A program made the translations under genes and the position numbers. From Squalus acanthias (Eukaryota), in NCBI GenBank assembly GCA_030390025.1, contig JASTWF010000033.1, positions 5,458,001 to 5,522,000 on the forward strand: a DNA stretch of 64,000 bases, given 5' to 3'. Within the stretch, counting starts at the first letter, position 1; each line of letters starts with the position of its first letter. Below, piece after piece: positions 25,990 to 36,318 of the stretch. The notes below the pieces were generated by a model. It searched no databases. It saw only the letters and a program-made list of their open reading frames with translations, and was not told the origin of the DNA.

Positions 25990-26550
25990 ATTGTTCATTT
26001 GATCATTCATTCAATTGTTCGTTCGTTCATTCAAGCGTTCGTTCGTTAGTTCGATCGAGCGTAAGTTCCAATATGTATGTATGAATGCGTGCGTGCGTAT
26101 CATTTGTCTAAGTGCGCGCCTGCGTGCGTTCACTCGATTATCGTTCGTTTGATCGTTCACCACGCAATCATTCGTTCGCTCGAGTGTAAGTTCCAATGTG
26201 CATGCTTGCGTTCGCTCGAATCGTTCGTTCGACCACTACCCCATGAGGTCGTTCATTCGATCGAGTGTAAGTTCCAATGTGCATGCTTGCATTCGCTCGA
26301 ATTGTTCGTTCGACCACTACCCCATGAGGTCGTTCGTTCGATCGAGTGCAAGTTCCAATATGTATGTCTGAATGCGTGCGTGCGTATCATTTGTCTAAGT
26401 GCGCACCTGCGTGCGTTCGCTCGAATCGTTCGTTCTATCACTGCACAAGTGATCATTCGTTCGATCGAGTGTAAGTTCCAATATGCATGAATGCGTTCGT
26501 TCGAATCGTTTGTCCGTTCGTTCACTCGAGCGTCCGTTCGTTCAATAAAT
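25990..26550. repeat. CpG-rich compound tandem repeat (5 units, spacings 125/81/81/123 bp) of unknown origin
   Basis: Constant core TCGAGYGYAAGTTCCAAT near 26057, 26182, 26263, 26344 and 26467, with (TTCG)n runs. Confidence 0.85.
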
Positions 26551-27481
26551 TACCAATATTAATTTATTTTATCTTTTCAACCACAACACTAGACAATAAC
26601 CTCAAAATAAGTTCCTACATAACCACCAATACATCACCATGTGCAAATTCCCACAGTCCTTATCAGAAAATCAATTAAGCTTCAAGTAAACTGCTTTCAA
26701 ACAGAAAACCTGAAACCTTCCCAACAAAACAATTAAATACCAGTTCTACGCCAGTCCTATTGGCAATCCATTAACGAAAATCATTTGATGTTGTCGAACC
26801 ATGTAAAGTCATAGTCCTTATCCACAGTCTTCAGCCCTTCCACGGAAAAAGAAGCCATCCACTTCCTGAAATCCCGTAAAAAGACTGAACACTCAAATCT
26901 TCTTCTGCTTGCTGTTATCGCTCACAGGACCCAACCATCAAAGAATACTCATCATTCCTTACTGATATTACTTTGCTCTGTCTTTTAATTTCCTTTTATT
27001 TTCCGTCTTTTAACCATTCACATTTTCCATCTTGTAACTGCTCACGCGCCACATTACAGATGGAAACAGTTTGTCTTTCCTCCTCCAATATGGCGACGAA
27101 TAAACCGGTCCCATGACCAAGAAAAAGCCTCACAGCTGCCGCCAGGCAGAGCAGATGCTGGGCCGCTGGAACTCATTCAGGCCCGAAACCATTCTGCAAC
27201 TTTCAGAACCAGTGCAGCAATGCTCACCAACCGCATCTCCCGACTCCACCTCTGCCGACCAGCCGCCCCGCCCTGGGCCCCCCGCCTGGGGTTCTCCGTG
27301 CTGGGCCTCCCGCCCAGGCCACTCTCCTCCGGGTCTTCCACCTTGGGCCTTCTGCACCGGGCCCTTCGCACCGGCATTCCCCGCGAGCAGCCGGGGTGTG
27401 GAGCAGCCCGTTCACACAGCACCAAACTGAGCTGAGAATCTTGCAGCCTGGGCTTCGATTTTGTCATTGGGGCGGGCTGGG

Positions 27482-28075
27482 CATGAACAAGGTTCAGTGC
27501 TCAATGCAATCTCAGTAAATTCTGTTCTGTTCACTAATGTGGCCTTTCAATGGCGGGGCTTTTACCCAGCATTCGCCGCGGGGCAGAATGTGCCAACTCA
27601 GACGACAGGAACCCAGTGCGCAGGCGCGGGACCCGCCTGGATTTGGAGCATGCGCGGTACGTGTCATCCCGGAAGACGTGGGGTTGCGGATCAGGTCCTG
27701 ATAAAATTGTAAGAAGCGGCCGGACAGGCCAGAGTAATGGACCGGCCAGTGGGCGGGGAGGCTTCATGAACAACTAGTGCAGGCCGCAAATCCCGAATAA
27801 TAACCTGAAGGTCCCGCGTTTGCAGCTTCGGGCTTCTACCGGTCACAGGCCCGGGATAACGGCCGCCATCTTGATACAGTGAGTAGTAAAGCGCATGCGC
27901 GGTCACCTTGGTGCAGGAACAAAGAGTGGGCGGGGCTTCAGTGTCTGTTCCCAACCGGGTCCCAGTGCCCGGGAGAGTAAATCATTGACTCAGATATTTG
28001 ATTCAGACTCTCCACACTTCGGATTTCTCACCATCTCTCATGAAGGCGCTGGTAAAAGCAGAGCATACGGTTAAC
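27482..28075 (+). promoter_or_regulatory. CpG-island promoter / first exon region of ZNF-C
   Basis: Direct homologue of 8660-9245 with the same NRF1, YY1 and GC-box motifs. Confidence 0.72.
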
Positions 28076-28122
28076 ATCCCACACAATTGTAACAGAAGAG
28101 CCCCAGAGCTGGGCCCCCCTTG

Positions 28123-28809
28123 AGGTTAGAATCCCCATGTACAGTCCCAGGGTTGGAATCCCCATGTACAGTCCCAGGGTTGGAATCCCCATGTACAGTC
28201 CCAGGGTTGGAATCCCCATGTACAGTCCCAGGGTTGGAATCCCCATGTACAGTCCCAGGGTTAGAATCCCCATGTACAGTCCCAGGGTTAGAATCCCCAT
28301 GTACAGTCCCAGGGTTAGAATCCCCATGTACAGTCCCAGGGTTAGAATCCCCATGTACAGTCCCAGGGCTGGAATCCCCATGTACAGTCCCAGGGTTAGA
28401 ATCCCCATGTACAGTCCCAGGGTTAGAATCCCCATGTACAGTCCCAGGGTTAGAATCCCCATGTACAGTCCCAGGGTTAGAATCCCCATGTACAGTCCCA
28501 GGGTTAGAATCCCCATGTTCAGTCCCAGGGTTAGAATCCCCATGTACAGTCCCAGTGTTAGAATCCCCATGTACAGTCCCAGGGTTAGAATCCCCATGTA
28601 CAGTCCCAGGGTTAGAATCCCCATGTTCAGTCCCAGGGTTAGAATCCCCATGTACAGTCCCAGTGTTAGAATCCCCATGTACAGTCCCAGGGTTAGAATC
28701 CCCATGTACAGTCCCAGGGTTAGAATCCCCATGTACAATGCCAGGGTTGGAATCCCCATGTACAGTCCCAGGTTTGGAATCCCCATGTACAGTCCCAGGG
28801 TTAGAATCC
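28123..28809 (+). repeat. 27-bp minisatellite (about 25 copies) in the presumed intron of ZNF-C
   Basis: Same unit as 9287-10340. Confidence 0.96.
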
Positions 28810-29084
28810 ATCCTTTTTCCAATGAGCTTGGGCCCCAGCACATGTTTACTGTAAAACTCAGGTCAAGGGCAATCCCAGCGTGCCCACTCTGAACCCGGTT
28901 TGCTGCTCCCTCTGTGCCCAGCACTGCCTGCTCCCCCGGCTCATGGAAGTGGAATTTCAGCCTCAGTGTTACAAGTTTCCTCGGTTACAGGCTGGAGAGA
29001 GGAATAATTCAATCTGAGACTGAGCTGTGTGATTGGTTCAGTCTGTCATAGGAACAGGAGGGGCCCAGGATTGATCCTGTCTGC

Positions 29085-29780
29085 ATCTCCTCCCCTCCTG
29101 ATACCCTGTAAAAGCTGTTTACAAAAGTCATCACTGTAAGTAGGAACAGGAGGAGGCCATTCAGCCCATCGAGCAAGTTCCCTCATTCAATTAGATCCTG
29201 GCTGATCTGTGTCTGAGCACCATCTACCCACCTTGGTTCCGTAACCTTTAGTACCCTTGACTAACAAAAATCTCGCATGCTCAGTTTTGAGATTTTTCTA
29301 TTGACCCCAGCCGCAGCAGTTTTGGGGGGAGAGAGTTCCAGATTTCCAGTACCCTTTGTGTGAAGAAGTGCTTCCTGACATCACCCCTGAACGGCCTGGC
29401 TCTGATTTGAAGGTTATGTCCCCTTGCTGTGGACTCCCCCACCAGAGGAAATAGTTTCTCTCTGTTTACCCGATCAACTCCTTTAATCATCTTAAACACC
29501 TCAATTAGATCACCGCGTAATCTTCTACATTCAAGGAAGTAGACGCCTAGTCTATGCAACCTGTCTTCATAATTTACAAAAGTCATCACTGTCGGGACAG
29601 GATAGAAATTCTGAACAGACAGTTCTAGTTTCTCTGGAACATTCTTTCCTCTCTTGCCCCTCCTAATCTGTGAATCCCCCATCCCACACACTCCCCCCTC
29701 CTCCCCACATCCTCGCTGTTTGAAATCCAGATTCATCGCAGGCTCGGATTTTTCTCCCTTTCTCTCCTGAAGGTGCTGTG
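29085..29780 (-). pseudogene. ZNF-F remnant: B/D-type intron end and exon start, inverted inside the ZNF-C intron
   Basis: 29085-29140 and 29573-29780 match 24095-24316 (CTGTAAAA acceptor, GATAGAAATTC..AACAGACA.TTCTAGTTTCT.TGGAACATTCTTTCCTCTCTTG). Confidence 0.75.
29140..29572 (-). mobile_element. CR1 LINE 3' fragment
   Basis: YEDRLHRLGVYFLECRRLRGDLIEVFKMIKG...RKHFFTQRVLEIWNSLP; flanked by a duplicated TTTACAAAAGTCATCACTGT. Confidence 0.9.
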
Positions 29781-30430
29781 TGATGGTGGGGTTCGGCCCC
29801 AGTCACTGTTTGCCCTCCAGTACCTTGCCGAGTGGTCATTCTGAGCTGTGAGCCTATACTGAAGGTGCTGTGTGATGGTGGGGTTCGGTCCCAGTCACTG
29901 TTTGCCCTCCAGTACCTTGCCGAGTGGTAATTCTGAGCTGTGAGCCTATACTGAAGGTGCTGTGTGATGGTAAGGTGCTGTGTTGATGGGGGTTCGGTCC
30001 CAGTCACTTTTTGCCCTCCAGTACCTTGCCGGAGTGGTAATTCTGAGCTGTGAGACCTATACTGAAGCTGCTGTGTGATGGTGGGGTCGGTCCAGTCACT
30101 GTTTGCCCTCCAGTACCTTGCCGAGTGGTAATTCTGAGCTGTGAGCCTATACTGAAGGTGCCTGTGTGATGGTGGGGTTCGGTCCAGTCACTGTTTGCCC
30201 TCCAGTACCTTGCCGAGTGGTAATTCTGAGCTGTGAGCCTGTACTGAAGGTGCTGTGTGATGGTGGGGTTCGGTCCCAGTCACTGTTTGCCCTCCAGTAC
30301 CTTGCCGAGTGGTAATTCTGAGCTGTGAGCCTATACTGAAGGTGCTGTGTGATGGTGGGGTTCGGTCCCAGTCACTGTTTGCCCTCCAGTACCTTGCTGA
30401 GTGGTAATTCTGAGCTTTGAGCCAATACTA
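29768..30430 (+). repeat. 92-bp tandem repeat (about 7 copies)
   Basis: Unit CTGAAGGTGCTGTGTGATGGTGGGGTTCGGTCCCAGTCACTGTTTGCCCTCCAGTACCTTGCCGAGTGGTAATTCTGAGCTGTGAGCCTATA. Confidence 0.93.
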
Positions 30431-30519
30431 TGAGCTGCCAGCATTAAGACCATGGGGAGCAGCACAGCTGCCGTCCCTGGCTGATTCTGTCTGGCGAAGC
30501 TGAGGCCAATGGTAGCACA

Positions 30520-30750
30520 CCAACAACAACTTGCATTTACATAGTGCCTTTAATGTAGTAAAACGTTCCAAGGCCCTTCACAAGAGCAAAATCCGTCAAA
30601 AACTGACTCCGAGACAAAGAAGGAGAGATTCGGACAGGTGACCAAAGACTTGGTCAAAGATCTTGGGGCCGAGGTAACTGAAGGCACGGCTGCCAATGGT
30701 GGAGCCCAGGGAGTGGGGGTTGTACAAGAGGCCCGAGTGGGAAGAACGCA
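30520..30750 (-). mobile_element. L2-clade LINE (or L2-tailed SINE) 3' fragment
   Basis: Reverse complement ends ...AAAGGCACTATGTAAATGCAAGTTGTTGTTG, an L2-type tail similar to 44335-44365. Confidence 0.55.
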
Positions 30751-30779
30751 GATTTCATAGAATCACAGAATGATACACA

Positions 30780-31390
30780 AGAGGTTATCTCACTAAATTA
30801 GGGCTCATGGGGTTGGGGTAAAATATTAGCATGGATTGAGGATTGGTTAACGGGCAGAAAACAGAGAGTAGGGATAAACGGGTCACTTTCGGGTTGGCAG
30901 GCTGTAACTGGTCGGGTACAGCAAGGATCAGTGCTTGGGCCTCAGCTATTTACAATCTGTATCAATGACTTCAATGAGGGGACCGAGTGTAATGTATCCA
31001 AGTTTGCTGACAATACAAAGCTCGGTGGGACAGTAAGCTGTGAGGAGGACACAAAGAGCCTGCAAAGGGATATAGACAGGTTAAGTGAATGGGCAAGAAC
31101 GTGGCAGATGGAATATAATGTGGAGAAATGTGAAGTTATCCACTTTGGTGGGAAAAATAGAAAAGCAGAATATTTTTTAAATGGTGAGAGACTCAGAAAT
31201 GTTGGTATTCAGAGGGACCTGCGTGTCCTTGTACACGAATCACAGAAAGTTAACATGCAGGTACAGCAAGCAAATGGTAAGTTAGCCTTTATTACAAATG
31301 CATTGGGGTATAAGAGTAAAGAATTCTTCCTGCAATTATATAGGGCCTTGGTGAGACCACACCTGGAGTACTGTGGACAGTTCTGGTACT
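30780..31390 (+). mobile_element. CR1 LINE RT fragment
   Basis: SVLGPQLFTICIND...VSKFADNTKLGG...LYRALVRPHLEYC. Confidence 0.92.
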
Positions 31391-31979
31391 CTCAGAATGC
31401 TGTTAGGTGAGGAGTTCCAGGATTTTCACCCAGCGACGATGTAGGAACGGCGATATATGTCCAAGTCAGGATAGTGTGTGACTTGGAGGGGAACTGGGAG
31501 GTGATGGTGTTCCCATGCACCTGCTGCCCTTGTCCTTCTAGGTGGTGGAGCTCGCGTGTTTGGGAGGTGCTGTCAAAGTTCTGGTCGAGTTGCAGATGTA
31601 TAAAGTCGCTCTCCTTCACCCCTCCCCCTCCCACCTCGCTCTCTCTCCTCCCATAGAGGCCAGAGTCTTGTGTCGGCCCAGACCGGGTGGCGGGTTCCCT
31701 TCCCTGAAGGACATTAGTGAACCAGTTGTGTTTTTACGACAATCCGGCAGCTTTCATGGTCACTTTTTTCTAGTGCTGGCCCCACAAATTCCCAGATTCA
31801 TTCAGCTCAATTTCACAACCTGCCTTTGTGTTTTTGTGGGTTTTCTCTCACCCTCCCTTTTTCCTGTTTTAAATTAATTTTGCAGCGTGTTCGAAGGGGA
31901 GGATTTGCATACGGGAAACTCAAACCAAACATCACTTCAAGATCCGACAGAGTCACTCAATTCATCAGGACCTTGGAAC

Positions 31980-33017
31980 ATGGAAGCAGAAAGCACCGTT
32001 CAGAGCGGGGAGAAACCGTACACGTGTTCTGTGTGTGGACGAGGCTTCAGCCGATCCTCTGGCCTGTTGAGACACAAGCGCAGTCACACTGGGGAGAAAC
32101 CGTGTAAATGTGGGGACTGTGGGAAGCGATTCAACTACCCGTGTGAGCTGGAAACTCAGCGACGAGTTCACACTGGGGAGAGGCCGTTCACCTGCTCCGA
32201 CTGTGGGAAGGGATTCACTGATTCATCCCACCTGCTGCAGCACCAGCGAGTTCACACTGGGGAGAGGCCGTTCACCTGCTCCGAGTGTGGGAAGGGATTC
32301 ACTACTTCATCCTGCCTGCTGAGACACCAGCGAGTTCACACTGGGGAGCGACCGTTCACCTGCTCTGAGTGTGGGAAGGGATTCACTCGGTCATCCACCC
32401 TGCAGACACACCAGCGAGTTCACACCGGGGAGAGGCCGTTCACCTGCTCTGAGTGTGGGAAGGGATTCACTCAGTCATCCAACCTGCTGACACACCAGCG
32501 AGTTCACACTGGGGAGAGGCCGTTCACCTGCTCCATGTGTGGGAAGGGATTCACTGATTCATCCAACCTGCTGAGACACCAGCGAGTTCACACTGGGGAG
32601 AGGCCGTTCACCTGCTCGGAGTGTGGGAAGGGATTCACGTGTTCATCCGACCTGCTGACACACCAGCGAGTTCACACTGGGGAGAGACCGTTCACCTGCT
32701 CTGAGTGTGGGAAGGGATTCACTCGGTCATCCCACCTGCTGACACACCAGCGAGTTCACACTGGGGAGAGACCGTTCACCTGCTCTGAGTGTGGGAAGGG
32801 ATTCACTGATTCATCCAGCCTGCTGATACACCAGCGAGTTCACACTGGGGAGAGGCCGTTCACCTGCTCCGAGTGTGGGAAGGGATTCACTCGGTCATCC
32901 AGCCTGCTGAGACACCAGCGAGTTCACACTGGAGAGAGACCATACACCTGCTCCGTGTGTGGGAAGGGATTCACGTATTCATCCCACCTGCTGAAACACC
33001 AGCGAATTCACAAGTGA
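31980..33017 (+). CDS. ZNF-C: intact tandem C2H2 zinc-finger protein, 345 aa, 12 fingers (finger 2 has H to Q), no effector domain
   Basis: Acceptor TTTTGCAG at 31885; AACATGG Kozak ATG at 31980; repeated [28 protein letters not shown]; AATAAA near 33161. Confidence 0.9.
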   Translation: MEAESTVQSGEKPYTCSVCGRGFSRSSGLLRHKRSHTGEKPCKCGDCGKRFNYPCELETQRRVHTGERPFTCSDCGKGFTDSSHLLQHQRVHTGERPFTCSECGKGFTTSSCLLRHQRVHTGERPFTCSECGKGFTRSSTLQTHQRVHTGERPFTCSECGKGFTQSSNLLTHQRVHTGERPFTCSMCGKGFTDSSNLLRHQRVHTGERPFTCSECGKGFTCSSDLLTHQRVHTGERPFTCSECGKGFTRSSHLLTHQRVHTGERPFTCSECGKGFTDSSSLLIHQRVHTGERPFTCSECGKGFTRSSSLLRHQRVHTGERPYTCSVCGKGFTYSSHLLKHQRIHK

Positions 33018-34107
33018 CTGCAGGGGTTAATTCTGATGTTATTGCTGCTGTTAATCACATCCAGGACTGAATCGTGTTCATTCTGACAGTTGGGGTTTGT
33101 TTCTGTTGATGTTAAACTCCAGCCCAGTTACGGGGGTTATTAATATTTGGACATATGTCAAATAAACCAGTTTGCTTTAATCACATTGTTGTGGATTTTT
33201 GTCATTCCCACCTGAGGATCGTATTGCGGGAACAGAACGACAGCCTGGACACAGTCCTTCAGGGCCACACTGAGAGGGGCAAACGGCACTTTGGTCTTTC
33301 TCATCTCTCTTCATTGACAGCAATGTCCCCGTGCAGGTTAATCTTGAGGCCTGTAAGGAATGTATCCCAGCCGCTCTCTTCCATGGGTCAGAGCTCCTGG
33401 GCACGGAACAGAAGGATCCTTTACAACTGTGTTTAGAGTCAGGAAGAACAACTGTGCATGCTGGAAACGTGCTGTCAAATCAGAGATTGGTGTCAAACTG
33501 CGATCTGTTCCTGACTGAAAGTGAAACGGCAGGTTAAGTTTCCAGTCTAAAAATGACTGGTAATTATTCCACGAAGATTTAATATGTGTATGTGAGACAG
33601 TCCTGAGGCTACCATTTTAAGGCAGGTGTTAGCTCATTTAAAATAAACCCGTTTAAAATAAATTGGTTAAAGTCTGCATTAAAATAGCAAAGGGAGGAGT
33701 TCACAGGAGCCTGTTAACTGCTGGTACAATTATACGACAGACATTTGATCTCCAGATAAAGAAGGACCTGCAGCGTGTTTCCAGGAATTCCCTGTTTTAT
33801 TGATGTGTGCGTGTTAGACACCAGGATAACTAAAAATACACGACCCGGAACATCCACGGGGGTGCGATCCCGACAGTTACTCTGGGATCACTCCCGCTGT
33901 GGAACTCCACCAGTGACCCTGCTGAAGGTTGTAGGCTCAGGGAGTGGGGCCTCCAGGAGTGGACTGTGAGAAAGCTGGGTTTCAGTATCCTGACACATAT
34001 ATGGTGAGGAACCAGAGGAATCCTTACTAAGGAGCTGTCTGGGGTTTAACCTGTCAGTGTAGGTCTAGGGGTGAATGATGCCTGACTCTCCGAACTGTCT
34101 CACATTG

Positions 34108-34408
34108 AACCCTGTCTCTGTTTATATTACACTAGGCCCTGTCTCTGTTTATATTACACTAGACCCTGTCTCTGTTTATACTACACTAGGCCCTGTCTCT
34201 GTTCATATTACACTAGACCCTGTCTCAGTTTATATTACACTAGACCCTGTCTCTGTTTATATTACACTAGACCCTGTCTCTGTTTATATTACACTAGACC
34301 CTGTCTCTGTTTATATTACACTAGACCCTGTCTCTGTTGATATTACACTAGACCATGTCTCAGTTCAAATTACACTAGACCCTGTCGCTGTTTATATTAG
34401 ACTAGATC
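34108..34408 (+). repeat. 27-bp minisatellite II (about 11 copies)
   Basis: Same unit as 13591-14286. Confidence 0.93.
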
Positions 34409-34409
34409 C

Positions 34410-35228
34410 ACAGTATAAAGTCCCACAGTCTCCCCTGGCCCCAGGCCCTGAACAAGGGTCTGGAGAAGGGGAATAGAGCCCCACAGTCTCCCCTGGCCCA
34501 AGGGTCTGGAGAAGGGGAATAAAGCCCCAAAGTCTCCTCTGGCCCCAGCGTCTGAACAAGGGTCTGGAGAAGGGGAATAAAGTCCCACAGTCTCCCCTGG
34601 CCCCAGGGTCTGAACAAGGGTCTGGAGAAGGGGAATAAAGCCCCACAGTCTCCCCTGGCCCCAGGCCCTGAACAAGGGTCTGGAGAAGGGGAATAAAGCC
34701 CCACAGTCTCCCCTGGCCCCAGGCCCTGAACAAGGGACTGGAGAAGGGGAATAAAGCCCCACAGTCTCCCCTGGCCCCAGGGTCTGAACAAGGGTCTGGA
34801 GAAGGGGAATAAAGCCCCACAGTCTCCCCTGGCCCCAGGGTCTGAACAAGGGTCTGGAGAAGGGGAATAAAGCCCCACAGTCTCCCCTGGCCCCAGGCCC
34901 TGAACAAGGGTCTGGAGAAGGGAATAAAGTCCCACAGTCTCCCCTGGCCCCAGGCCCTGAACAAGGGTCTGGAGAAGGGGAATAAAGCCCCACAGTCTCC
35001 CCTGGCCCCAGGGTCTGAACAAGGGTCTGGAGAAGAGGAATAAAGCCCCACAGTCTCCCCTGGCCCCAGGGTCTGAACAAGGGACTGGAGAAGGGGAATA
35101 AAGTCCCACAGTCTCCCCTGGCCCCAGGGTCTGAACAAGGGACTGGAGAAGGGGAATAAAGTCCCACAGTCTCCCCTGGCCCCAGGGTCTGAACAAGGGA
35201 CTGGAGAAGGGGAATAATGCCCCACAGG
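34410..35228 (+). repeat. 58-bp minisatellite (about 14 copies)
   Basis: Unit AAAGCCCCACAGTCTCCCCTGGCCCCAGGGTCTGAACAAGGGTCTGGAGAAGGGGAAT. Confidence 0.95.
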
Positions 35229-35229
35229 C

Positions 35230-35380
35230 TCAGGGGCCCAGTGCGCAGGCGCAGGGACGGATGATTGACAGTCCCACAGGGTGTGTGTGCCAAGCATGCG
35301 CGGTGCGGACCGAGCGGGAGTGGGCGGGGCCATGTGACGCATGCGCAGTGTCAGCGGCGGCTGGTGCGCGGGGGCTTGTG
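35230..35380 (+). promoter_or_regulatory. CpG-rich promoter-like patch of fossil ZNF-E
   Basis: GCCCAGTGCGCAGGCGC, GCATGCGCGG, GTGGGCGGGG and ACGCATGCGCA, as in the other ZNF promoters. Confidence 0.55.
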
Positions 35381-35539
35381 GGTATTTCAACCAACCTGGG
35401 CAGCAGCTGGGCCTGTAAATCAGCTTCACTGCCCATGGGCTGGGAAAGGGAGACATGAGACAGCTTTCTCCCTCTTACCCATTCTACACTCCGTTTACAG
35501 GGTGTTAGTCCTGGAGCGTTTACAGACAGGAAGCTCAAG

Positions 35540-36276
35540 GGCCGTGCAACGAGACCTGGGTGTCCTTGTGCACCAGTCGCTGAAGGTAAGCATGCAGGTG
35601 CAGCAGGCGGTTCAGAAGGCATATGGTATGTTGGCCTTCATAGCGAGAGGATTCGAGTACAGGAGCAAGGAGGCCTTGCTGCAGTTGTACAGGGCCTTGG
35701 TGAGACCACACCTTGAGTATTGTGTGCAGTTTTGGTTGCCTTATCTGAGGAAGGACGTTCTTGCCATGGAGGGAGTGCAGCGAAGATTCACCAGACTGAT
35801 ACCTGGGATGGCAGGAATGACGTATGAGAGAGATTGGGTCGATTGGGCTTGTATTCGCTAGAGTTTAGAAGAATGAGAGGGGATCTCATTGAAACTTATA
35901 AAAATCTTACAGGACAGGACAAACTAGATGCAGGAAGGATGTTCCCGATGGCAGGGGAGTCCAGAACCAGGGGTCACAGTCTAAGGATAAGGGGCAAGCC
36001 ATTTAGGACAGAGATGAGGAGGAATTTCTTCACCCAGAGAGTGGTGAACCTGTGGAATTCTCTACCACAGAAGGCAGTTGAGGCCAATTCATTAAATATA
36101 TTCAAGAAGGAGTTAGATATATTTCTTAAGGCTAAAGGGATCAAGGGATATGGGGAGAAAGCAGGGACAGGGTACTGAATTTGGATGATCAGCCATGATC
36201 TCATTAAATGGCGGAGCAGGCTCGAGGGGCCGAATGGCCTACTCCTGCTCCTATCTTCTATGTTTCTATGTTTTTT
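35540..36276 (+). mobile_element. CR1 LINE 5'-truncated copy with complete 3' tail
   Basis: QRDLGVLVHQSLK...LYRALVRPHLEYCVQFW...RRMRGDLIETYK; tail TTCTATGTTTCTATG; same subfamily as 14811-15510. Confidence 0.93.
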
Positions 36277-36318
36277 AAGCCAAACATCAGGTCAAGATCT
36301 GACAGAGTTGCTCGATTG

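Noticed and set aside
26077..26490. 137-aa Cys-containing repeat ORF
   Set aside because: Follows from the 81/123-bp unit lengths; the first spacing (125 bp) breaks frame; no gene context
27085..27105. TGGCGACGA as a Gypsy primer-binding site
   Set aside because: No adjacent LTR end or gag/pol; equally a YY1-like ATGGCG
34392..35456. 264-354-aa ORFs on the minus strand
   Set aside because: Stop-free 58-bp minisatellite cycling through frames
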